A DNA stretch of 64,000 nt, from the NCBI GenBank assembly GCA_965644265.1, contig OZ286469.1:102486001-102550000 (forward strand), read 5' to 3'. The position numbers and the translations under genes were made by a program. Of the stretch, positions 34,769 through 43,574 are shown one piece after another (positions within the stretch are counted from its first letter, which is position 1; each line of letters opens with the position of its first letter). This DNA comes from Glycera tridactyla. Lineage: Eukaryota. Below the pieces are notes generated by a model, which worked only from the letters and a program-made list of their open reading frames with translations, did no database searches and was not told where the DNA came from.

Positions 34769-36705
34769 GATGAAAGGTATTTCAAAAAGGAACGCCCAGA
34801 CGTGGCTATTTCCGCTTAGGTTGAACGCATGACCGATTCTGGCGTAATGTCGTTACGTCACACTCGAAGGCCCGTGACGCATGGCTCCATGGTTACGTTA
34901 TTGCAACCAATGCTACCATCACTAGATGGCGCATCACTGCTAACAGAGGGAGGTCAATCCATGCAAATGGCGTTGGATGTCACTCCTTATTAAATGGTGA
35001 CCGAGATTGGTTCAGTGTCAAAAATTTGACAGTGAGGTAGGTGGTCATACTCTGATTGCCAGGTACAGGGGTATCCCACTCTGCCTTTTGGGATCTGTAG
35101 CAGTATGGAGAATCGGTTTCGGGAGAAATTTCCCTCATCAGGTGCTCTCAATTCAATAGAATTCGGCCAGACCCTTGAGAGTCTGTTTCGGTATTCTTTC
35201 TCAATGTTTAGATTGGTGACCATGATGGTCCAGTCTGATAAGAAAATAATTTCTATGTGTGAGGAGGAACCCCTAAGTTTCAACCTATTTTAGGGGTATA
35301 GAGCACGGGCCGAGTGTCTTCAAGGGGACGACAGGCCCCTTGGGGAATAGTGGTGATGGTAGTGCTGTGGACCGTATTGGAAAAGAATTAGGAAACGTGG
35401 CTATGGTCCATCAGTCTACACAGACCGGAAAGTCAGATGAGCAGTTTATCTCGTGCTAGAGAATCCGTCTTGTCCGAGATATGATACGGTTGATCTGGGG
35501 GTAAAGTGAGTTGGGGTTATTTATTTGTGCAGGGCCCTCCTGTTCCTACAGAGTTCGGTTTTTTCCAGACCCTTGTCCATCGTGTTGATACCTAAGGGTA
35601 GCTGGGATCTCAATCTCTGGATCCATTGGTATTCAATACGGGTTACGTAAGTATTGGCCCAGAGCGCTATTAGGTGCGGCGTGTATGAAGTCCAGTATAT
35701 GTAGCTGGAAGTCCTCTGTGCCGTGGTGATGGTTTCGGTTGAAATGCTTGGAGACATCATTCTTGTTGTCCATGCTGTTGACAGAGGTGAAGTGATTGCC
35801 GAAGCGGTCCATCAGTCGGAGTTTGGTTTGTCCCACATATTGTTGTCCGCATGTTTTGCATGAGATACAATATATTAGATTACTCGACTTGCATGTGACG
35901 TTTTTCTTCGATTTGTATGTTCTGCTGGTTTCAATCAGTGGGGTGTCCACCCCCCCCCCCCCCATTTGTGTCTTTGATGGCTCGTAGTTTAGCCCGTACT
36001 AGGATGTCTCTCATGTTCTTTGGGCGGCGGTACCCTATGATGAATCTGAGTTGTGATAGATCCTTGGTGGTGGAGGATCTCTGCACGAACCCCCAGTTCT
36101 TTTTGATGAATTTGGGGACTGAATCAAATCTGGGAACATATGTGAATGACATAGTGACCAGATCCTTGTCCTGTTTCTCTTTGGGTTTGACTTCCAGCAG
36201 GTCCTCCCTCTTCAGTATTTTTACCTTGTTGATGGCTTCCTGTAATATTTCTAGTGGATAGCCGTGTCTCTGAAAGTGGGCCAGTATCATGCTGCTGTGT
36301 TTAATGCAGTCAAATGAGCATATGCGTTTTACTCGCAGGAGTTGGCTGAAAGAGAGACTGGTTTTGAAGTGACGGGGGTGGGCAGATCGATGAGGGAGGT
36401 AATTATGGCTGTCTGTTTTCTTGCAGTATAGATCTGTCCAGAGGCGGCCATTTTCTAGGTGCACTGTTGTGTCTAGGAAGTCTACCTTCTCGGTGGATGA
36501 TTCAATCGTGAACTTGATTGTATCATGGTTGGCATTCATTGTCTGGTTAAAGAGGTCCAGTGATTCTCTGTCCCCCTTCCAGATGCAAAAGATGTCGTCC
36601 AGATATCTTAGCCACAAGATAGATTTGTTTCCTGTCTTGTGATAGATGTGTTTTTCTTCGAAATCATTCATGAAGATGTTGGCTAGGCTGGGCGCAACTT
36701 TGGTA
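34769..36705 (-). mobile_element. PLE family C, 5'-truncated and frameshifted, with 3' UTR/pLTR
   Basis: VAPSLANIFM, RYLDDIF, YCKKTDSH (to ~35970), IYCISCKTC..QYVGQT (35633..35965), WIQRLRSQLPLGIN (to 35521). Frameshifts at the poly-C near 35950 and near 35640. Confidence 0.9.
34821..35168 (-). ncRNA. Split type I hammerhead ribozyme, family C; predicted cleavage between 34831 and 34830
   Basis: GAGAGCAC-CTGATGA(35141-35135)-GGGA/TCCC-GAA-ACCGATTCT pairs over 9 bp with AGAATCGGT-C (34840-34831). Stem I has an A.C mismatch at its first pair. Confidence 0.75.
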
Positions 36706-36729
36706 ATATATATATATATATATATATAT
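36706..36729. repeat. (TA)n between PLE C and PLE B
   Basis: Seen directly in the sequence. Confidence 0.95.
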
Positions 36730-36809
36730 GGAGTGACGAGGCAACCTTCCAGGGTTTGGGGTTCTAAATCACCCCCCACATGATTGGGGTGTGTGTGTGT
36801 ACCCATATT

Positions 36810-39695
36810 CTACAAGGGACGTCCCTTTTTATAGAATCTCCAATTTCTACTTCCCCCATAGTCCTTGCTTTTCAGCATCGTATTTAGACCAGTGGGGCGT
36901 TGAGTTCTCAACCGGTGTATCCAGTTTTTCTCAATTAAAAGTCTCAGATTTTCAGCATATCTCGCCAATGGATCTGTATAGATGAAATCGAGGACAAAAA
37001 GCTCTACGTCTTCTCTCCCTCGATGGCCTTCACTGTTAAAGTGTTTACCAATGTCATCTTCCAACACCTTCCTTTTAATCCTGTCTACGTGACCTTGCAT
37101 TCTTTTCATAATAGTGGTCCTTGTTTGGCCCACATACTGTTTGCCGCATGTTCGACATTGAATGCAGTAGATTAAATTTGAACTTTTGCATGAAATATTC
37201 ATTTTACATGAGTATTTCTGGCCCGTGAATTTGCTTACTATTGTCCCTGATTTATTCAATAAGGGGCAATGGTTGCATTTTTTAGTTGTACAGGCATTAC
37301 GGCCATGTGTACTGGTTCCCTCACCAAGGGTAGCGGGAGGGGACTTGGTCCCCTTGGGCGTGACCTTGGTGACCTTGGTCGTGACCTCGGTTGTGACCTT
37401 TGTCGTGACCTTGGGTATGCCCTTGACCTTGGGGAGCTTCGCTCTCACCAACATGTCTTTCAAGTTCGGCGATCTTCTATACCCAAAAATGACCTTCAAT
37501 TCTGAAAGTTCCTTTGTGCATGAAGATCTAGAGAGTATTTCCCAGTTTTCTTCGACGATCTCTCTGATCTGTCTATTTTTGGGGTTAAAAGTGGAAGTTA
37601 GAAACAGGTCTTCTGTCTCTCCCAATATTTTTTCTTTCTTTCTTACCTCCAACGTTTCTTTCCTCGATCTTTCCGTTGCTTTCTCCCAGCATTCCAGCAC
37701 CAATTCTAGTGGATATCCCCTTCTTAGGAAATGTCCAAAAATCGTCATGCTGTGTTTCCTGTAGTCCTCTTCTCTCGAGCAAATCCTCCTCACCCTGAGA
37801 AATTGACTAAATGGCAGGCTTTTTTTCATATGGAACGGATGGGCAGAGCCAAACTGGAGATAACTATGGCTATCTGTAGGTTTGGAATAAACCACTGTCC
37901 ACAATTCTCCTGTCTCTGATAAATGCACTTTTGCATCCAGAAATACAATTTCTGAAGTTGATTTTTCGGCAGTAAATTTGATTTTTTCATGGCACCCATT
38001 CATGTATGCAATGAAATCATCTAATTTCTCTTCGGACTTCGTCCAAATTCCGAAGATGTCATCTAGAAAACGTTTCCAGATTATGGGTTGTTCTTTATAC
38101 CCATATACATGTTTTTCCTCGAATTCTCCCATGAAGAAATTCGCTAAACTCGGAGCCACACGTGTGCCCATGGCAGTACCTCCTATCTGTAGGTAATGTT
38201 CACCATTGAAACTAAAATTGTTTCTGGTCAATACTAAATCTAGGAGGTGTAATAAGGACTCATTTTTGGGAACCTTTTTGGTATCCCTGTGTTCTTCTAG
38301 AAGGTGCCTAATACATTCTACCCCCTCTTTTTGTGGGATATTTGTATAAAGGCTCGTGACATCACAAGTAAATAGGATCGCTCCCTTCGGTAGCTGTCCT
38401 ATTTTTTCTATTGTATTAATGAAATCCGTGGTGTCACGAAGGTAACTCTTTACCTTAGGTAGGAGAGGTTTTATGAAATGATCCACGAATTTGGATATTC
38501 TCTCTGTGGGGCATTCATTGGCCGATATAATCGGCCTACCAGGGGGAGGTAATTTTCCTTTGTGGATTTTTGGCAGCATGTAAAAAGAAGGGGTCCGGGG
38601 TGCATGATTTAACATGTACTGATAACATTTGTATGAAATTTCACCCCTTATCTTCATTTTCCCAAGGACGTCACAAACCTCCTTGTTATGTTCTTCAGTC
38701 AGATCTTCATCCATTTTCCTGTAGAAGTCCTTGTTCTCTAACTGCGACATCCCTTCTTTGATGTAATCATCTCGATTCATGATCACGATCTTGGAACCTT
38801 TATCAGCCTTTTTAACCACTACATCGGTGTTAGAAAAGAGTTTTTTAAGGCCCTCTCTTTCATCACGGCTGATATTTTCCGGTTTGTTCTTTTTGAATAC
38901 AACCTTTGACAGAGCAACCTCGTTCATGTCTGTAAATGAGTTCAGACTCCTTGGGTTTTGCTTTGGTTCCCAGGTAGATTTCAGGGTGAAACCACGATGT
39001 TCAAAGGGACTATATTCATCCCCTATGTAAAGTGTGGTGTGTGTGGTGTCATGTGGTGTGGCGGACGACGCAACAGAACATGTGGACTCATCTGTTGAAG
39101 CAACGGATGAGTCCAAAATACAAGGCATGGATTTTCCATGTTTCTTATCCACCAGAGAGGTGGATTCGGAATCCCTATTGAAATACACATAATTCCTCAA
39201 TTTTCGATGAAAACTTTCTAAGTCATCATTGAGTTCACCCATATCTGGTTCGCCCGGGGTCGGGCAAAGAGTGAGCCCTTTGTTCAAGACTGAACGTTGA
39301 GCTTCTGATAAGCTGTAACCAGATAAATTCAAAATGCCAACATCATCAATATGTAAAGCAGAAACAATTAAGTCAGTATACTCTGAAATAACTTTATTTG
39401 TATGCTGCCGGAGCACCTCACCAGCATTTTTCATCTTATGCAAGAAAGTCCATTTTGTACGTGTGTGTTCATTGGAATTGTTCATTGAACAGTTCATTTT
39501 GGGGCCCGTATTTAATACCGGCTCTGTCGGTTTTGGGGCCGGCTCTTTGGATTCTTTGCGATGTCGAGCATAATGCTCTCCACCGCCTGTCTGAGTCCGG
39601 CCTTGGGGTCGGTCTGATCCTGCCTCTTCCTGAAGCTTGTAGGGTGGTTCACCTGTCTGGGTCGGTCTGGGATGAACCTTCCCTTCTTGGGCCAC
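36810..39695 (-). CDS. PLE family B RT + GIY-YIG ORF (left arm)
   Basis: Intact frame with KADKG, GRPIIS, FLDD, CTTKKCNHC, IYCIQCRTC..QYVGQT. The first ATG is at 39497; the listed start is a GTG. Confidence 0.93.
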   Translation of the reverse strand: MAQEGKVHPRPTQTGEPPYKLQEEAGSDRPQGRTQTGGGEHYARHRKESKEPAPKPTEPVLNTGPKMNCSMNNSNEHTRTKWTFLHKMKNAGEVLRQHTNKVISEYTDLIVSALHIDDVGILNLSGYSLSEAQRSVLNKGLTLCPTPGEPDMGELNDDLESFHRKLRNYVYFNRDSESTSLVDKKHGKSMPCILDSSVASTDESTCSVASSATPHDTTHTTLYIGDEYSPFEHRGFTLKSTWEPKQNPRSLNSFTDMNEVALSKVVFKKNKPENISRDEREGLKKLFSNTDVVVKKADKGSKIVIMNRDDYIKEGMSQLENKDFYRKMDEDLTEEHNKEVCDVLGKMKIRGEISYKCYQYMLNHAPRTPSFYMLPKIHKGKLPPPGRPIISANECPTERISKFVDHFIKPLLPKVKSYLRDTTDFINTIEKIGQLPKGAILFTCDVTSLYTNIPQKEGVECIRHLLEEHRDTKKVPKNESLLHLLDLVLTRNNFSFNGEHYLQIGGTAMGTRVAPSLANFFMGEFEEKHVYGYKEQPIIWKRFLDDIFGIWTKSEEKLDDFIAYMNGCHEKIKFTAEKSTSEIVFLDAKVHLSETGELWTVVYSKPTDSHSYLQFGSAHPFHMKKSLPFSQFLRVRRICSREEDYRKHSMTIFGHFLRRGYPLELVLECWEKATERSRKETLEVRKKEKILGETEDLFLTSTFNPKNRQIREIVEENWEILSRSSCTKELSELKVIFGYRRSPNLKDMLVRAKLPKVKGIPKVTTKVTTEVTTKVTKVTPKGTKSPPATLGEGTSTHGRNACTTKKCNHCPLLNKSGTIVSKFTGQKYSCKMNISCKSSNLIYCIQCRTCGKQYVGQTRTTIMKRMQGHVDRIKRKVLEDDIGKHFNSEGHRGREDVELFVLDFIYTDPLARYAENLRLLIEKNWIHRLRTQRPTGLNTMLKSKDYGGSRNWRFYKKGRPL

Positions 39696-42406
39696 CCTCC
39701 CCGAAAATCCTGATTTCCCCTGCCTCTGCCTCGTGGGGATACAGGTGAACGACTGCGGGATCGGTTGAACTGCCTCCTATTTGGAGAACGATTTCTTCGT
39801 TGGAAATTCCAAGTGGGTTTGTATCCCCTGGGGGCCGTCTCACTCATCTCCATTTCCGTATTTTCCGCATTTTCCGTTTTTTCCTTTGACTCGCGTGAGT
39901 CTTCTCTTGGTTTGAAATTTATGGCCTTTGGCTCACGTTTCTCAACCAGATTTTGGGGTGCCAATAACGTGTCTACAATTGTTTGGCACGTTGTCGGGTT
40001 TTCACCCACTTTTACTTCCATCTTTGAGAGAATCTTTCGGGCGTTGACTTTTTCTCGAATTGACAGAGCCTTTAGCAGACGGTTGCATGTCTCAAAGTCC
40101 GCCGATCGTTCTGTCTCATATAGTAGTTTCACAGCCTCTGTATTGGCTGAGCCGATTTTCTCAAAGAATGCTGCCTTCTTTTCCAACGCTGTTGCCACGA
40201 AGAGCATTCTCTCTTGTGCTTGGCCCCTCACAAGCTCATTAAACTCCTGTTGTACTTCTTTCGTGGCTGGTACATATGCCGGGGCCACTTCCAGGCCCAG
40301 TGCCCATGCTGGGATACGGTCGGCAGCTGCCATGGCTCTCAGGTGAGCTGCTCTTGTCATAGCTTTCGCCTCAGCTGCCATGGCCCCTCTGGCACGTCTG
40401 AAAGTATCGGCAGCAACATGTGGGACGGTAATATCTTCTTCAAGTACCGTCTCATAGTCCCATCCGTCATCCACAACCTGCAACCAAACAGAAGACTTGT
40501 TATTTGGGTTAACAATAAGGGGTGCATTATCCCTCTCATCATCCTCTTTCTCTTCTGAATCTACTGTCTGATTGGTGGATTTCTCAAATCTAACACCCTG
40601 GACACTCTCTTCACTTGAAATGGTACCCTGGGTGTCGAATCTGCGTTGTCTCTTCCTTTTTCTCTGTTTATCACTCCGTGATAAAGGTGGGTCCTGAGAC
40701 CCCATTTCTGGGTCATCCTCTAAGGATTTCAGAATTTCCAAAGTACATGAGCGCTGCGAGCTTAACTCTGTCTCACGTAGGTCTGGCGCTGATCTTATCT
40801 GTTCACTATCTGTCTCAGTATAGCACAAGGGGCGTCTATCACCACTTACAGAACTGCTGGGGGTTACTTTCTTCCCTGTATCAAAGTCATCTAAGCTGTC
40901 TAGGAAATTCGACATCCCCTGACTGGCACTATTCACAATGAGATCTGTAACGGTGCTATCTGAGTTATAATTTTCAGGGCTGTATTTCAGCCCTTTCACT
41001 CTAGATGCATAGGAAATGTTGGAGGTGGTCCTCTGTGAAAGTAGATCACCTTCGCTACTGACCAATGTGGTCTGGCTATCCGTCTGTTCGACGTTAACCT
41101 TTGGGTGTCTCATGTTGGCTCCAAAGATAGATGTAATCTTTCTCTGGCCCTTCTCTTGTTTGTACTTTTTAGGAGGACCTCTGGTGGATCTACCTGGCGG
41201 ATTTAGTTCCTGCGGTGATCCGCCCGCCGGCGGTGGCGTTATTTTCGCGTTCGCGGCTCTTTTCTGGGTCAGTGTGTCATTTTCGTGACGCTGTTTTTCA
41301 TCGCTTGTCTGTGGCTCCTCTCCTCTAGGAATTTGGTCATTTGGGATGTTTCTTTTACCCGATAGGATTCTACGAGGGGCTCCTATTGTTGGGAGATCAT
41401 TCCAGAGTCCAATGCAACTCGGGGTAGGGTCTGGCCACAGATCAGGTGAGTCAAAAGGCGCATTTGAATAAACTCTCGTGTCATTTGACCCAACGTGGGT
41501 CAGAATGTCGTTCGCAGTACACGCTCCTGGTATTTCTGCGTTTACACTGACCGCTGCGCTCTCTTTCTGTTCATAGACGTGTCTTTTCTTTATATCGAAT
41601 GAACAGTGTACATCGTAAACTAACGCTGAAATGCCTGTGTCATTTTCAGGTAGTTTCTGAATATCATTTTCACTGAAAGTCACACGACGTCCCACTGACG
41701 TTGTGGGGTCTATCGTGACTGACAGTGTGGGTGTCTTTTTCAGTTGTGGGCCTTTTTCACTTATGGCACCTGTAGTTGATTTATCTTTGGGTCTGGATGC
41801 ATTTCTATCCATCCCTTTTATTCTCTGGAGGTAATCAAACTTTTTCATCCCTACATCACACGATGTGGGTACCTCATATACCAAAGGTTGGACTTTATTC
41901 AACTCCTTTGTTTTTGGGTTATCATTTGAAGATTCAATCTCCAAAACGAAGTCTACAGGTGACATATTTGAAGGTGGGTTGGGGTTAATTATGGCAATGG
42001 ATCTCGAATCCATTTTCGCGTTAGAGATTTCATTCACACAAGTGACTCGAAGCATCTCCATCCCACGATGCCTTTCACGACGCGTTTCACGACGCGAATT
42101 CCCAACGGTGGCAAACAATAGCGCGTCATGGGCGATTTCCAATGTTTTGTTTTCATTTTCGTCTTCGTGATTTGGTAAAATAACCGAATTTCCCAACATC
42201 GAGTCAGGAAATGCATTTGAAGACAATAAATGTGGATTACTTACACCATTTTCGGTGCTTTCATCTTTTCCTGAGGCCGCATCTTCAGCTGGCGTTTTTT
42301 CATCCGAAATTTCACCATCTTCATCTGGTGCGGTCTCCATCTTTTCATCAGCGTCCTCCGCTGGTGCAGCATCTTTCGATGAGGTGGGTAATATATTCGT
42401 GGCCAT
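39512..42406 (-). CDS. PLE family B upstream ORF1, 964 aa, unknown function (left arm)
   Basis: Intact ATG-to-stop ORF, mostly low complexity, with a helical-looking C-terminal domain and an RS/RG tail. Confidence 0.8.
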   Translation of the reverse strand: MATNILPTSSKDAAPAEDADEKMETAPDEDGEISDEKTPAEDAASGKDESTENGVSNPHLLSSNAFPDSMLGNSVILPNHEDENENKTLEIAHDALLFATVGNSRRETRRERHRGMEMLRVTCVNEISNAKMDSRSIAIINPNPPSNMSPVDFVLEIESSNDNPKTKELNKVQPLVYEVPTSCDVGMKKFDYLQRIKGMDRNASRPKDKSTTGAISEKGPQLKKTPTLSVTIDPTTSVGRRVTFSENDIQKLPENDTGISALVYDVHCSFDIKKRHVYEQKESAAVSVNAEIPGACTANDILTHVGSNDTRVYSNAPFDSPDLWPDPTPSCIGLWNDLPTIGAPRRILSGKRNIPNDQIPRGEEPQTSDEKQRHENDTLTQKRAANAKITPPPAGGSPQELNPPGRSTRGPPKKYKQEKGQRKITSIFGANMRHPKVNVEQTDSQTTLVSSEGDLLSQRTTSNISYASRVKGLKYSPENYNSDSTVTDLIVNSASQGMSNFLDSLDDFDTGKKVTPSSSVSGDRRPLCYTETDSEQIRSAPDLRETELSSQRSCTLEILKSLEDDPEMGSQDPPLSRSDKQRKRKRQRRFDTQGTISSEESVQGVRFEKSTNQTVDSEEKEDDERDNAPLIVNPNNKSSVWLQVVDDGWDYETVLEEDITVPHVAADTFRRARGAMAAEAKAMTRAAHLRAMAAADRIPAWALGLEVAPAYVPATKEVQQEFNELVRGQAQERMLFVATALEKKAAFFEKIGSANTEAVKLLYETERSADFETCNRLLKALSIREKVNARKILSKMEVKVGENPTTCQTIVDTLLAPQNLVEKREPKAINFKPREDSRESKEKTENAENTEMEMSETAPRGYKPTWNFQRRNRSPNRRQFNRSRSRSPVSPRGRGRGNQDFRGGWPKKGRFIPDRPRQVNHPTSFRKRQDQTDPKAGLRQAVESIMLDIAKNPKSRPQNRQSRY

Positions 42407-42471
42407 CTTCAGTCTTCAAAGGGTCCTGAAATTATTTTCATATGAAGTGACGAGGCAGCAGGACACTCTTC

Positions 42472-42857
42472 TCTACGTGCGACCGAAGGAAGATTTGAAA
42501 CTTCAGTTTCAAAACGCACCTTTATATTGACCAGAGACACTTATTAGTTGTTAGGGGTGATTTGCTAGGCAACAGGCATCACAGCTCGGCGTTGTGCCTC
42601 ACTTTCCAGCCTCCACTTCCTTATAAGGCAAATCAGATCAGACTCACTCAAAGACTTTGAACAAGAAATGTCTTCAACAAAATTCTTGCCTCAAAGTCGG
42701 TGGCCCCCCATGGCGGCCCAAAAAAACATGTGATATTTACATCTTATCACTCGTTTGGGGCCAAAAAGTGCCAAACATTCAGATTTGGCTTGCCATCTCC
42801 TTCGGTTTCGAAGACAAAGCTTCTCATCAGGCACAGTAGATCCCAAGCCTTCGGTCC
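42472..42857 (-). ncRNA. Split hammerhead ribozyme, family B left-arm copy; predicted cleavage between 42481 and 42480
   Basis: CTGATGA at 42830-42824, substrate TCCTTCGGTC-GCACGTAGA at 42490-42472. Confidence 0.8.
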
Positions 42858-43124
42858 CCAGTTCTGGGTCTAGAAACCTCCCTGTGATGGTTTGTATTAA
42901 CCGATGTTAAAATCTAACGAGTGGGAGGGGAATACTATCCCCTTTAAATGACTGGAGAATGACGTAGTTTATTCTGAACCCACTGAGGCTCATATATTTG
43001 GACCGCCTCCCATAGTCCGGGGTGTGACCACCCCCGGACAAAAACCAGGGACCCTGGGCCGAGCCTGGGGAACCTACCGGTTAAAACAAACCATCACAGG
43101 GAGGTTTCTAGACCCAGAACTGGG

Positions 43125-43509
43125 GACAGAAGGCTTGGGATCTACCGTGCCTGATGAGAAGCTTTGTCTTCGAAACCGAAGGAGATGGCAAGCCAAATCT
43201 GGATGTTTGGCACTTTTTGGCCCCAAACGAGTGATGAGATGTAAATATCACACGTTTTTTTGGGCCGCCATGGGGGGCCACCGACTTTGAGGCAAGAATT
43301 TTGTTGAAGACATTTCTTGTTCAAAGTCTTTGAGTGAGTCTGATCTGATTTGCCTTATAAGGAAGTGGAGGCTGGAAAGTGAGGCACAACGCCGAGCTGT
43401 GATGCCTGTTGCCTAGCAAATCACCCCTAACAACTAATAAGCGTCTCTGGTCAATATAAAGGTGCGTTTTGAAACTGAAGTTTCAAATCTTCCTTCGGTC
43501 GCACGTAGA
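43125..43509 (+). ncRNA. Split hammerhead ribozyme, family B 5' pLTR; predicted cleavage between 43500 and 43501
   Basis: TCTACCGTGC-CTGATGA-GAAG/CTTC-GAA-ACCGAAGGA (43141-43183) pairs with TCCTTCGGT-C-GCACGTAGA (43491-43509). Confidence 0.85.
43408..43487 (+). promoter_or_regulatory. Candidate pLTR promoter: RFX X-box-like GTTGCCTAGCAA, TATAAA, Inr-like TTCAAAT
   Basis: Motifs at 43408-43419, 43455-43460 and ~43482-43488. Motif match and spacing only. Confidence 0.5.
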
Positions 43510-43574
43510 GAAGAGTGTCCTGCTGCCTCGTCACTTCATATGAAAATAATTTCAGGACCCTTTGAAGACTGAAG

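Larger units (their letters stand above)
36726..42903 (-). mobile_element. PLE family B, inverted arm (6178 bp)
   Basis: Reverse complement of 43078-49255 (coordinate sum 85981 for all ORF ends). Confidence 0.95.
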
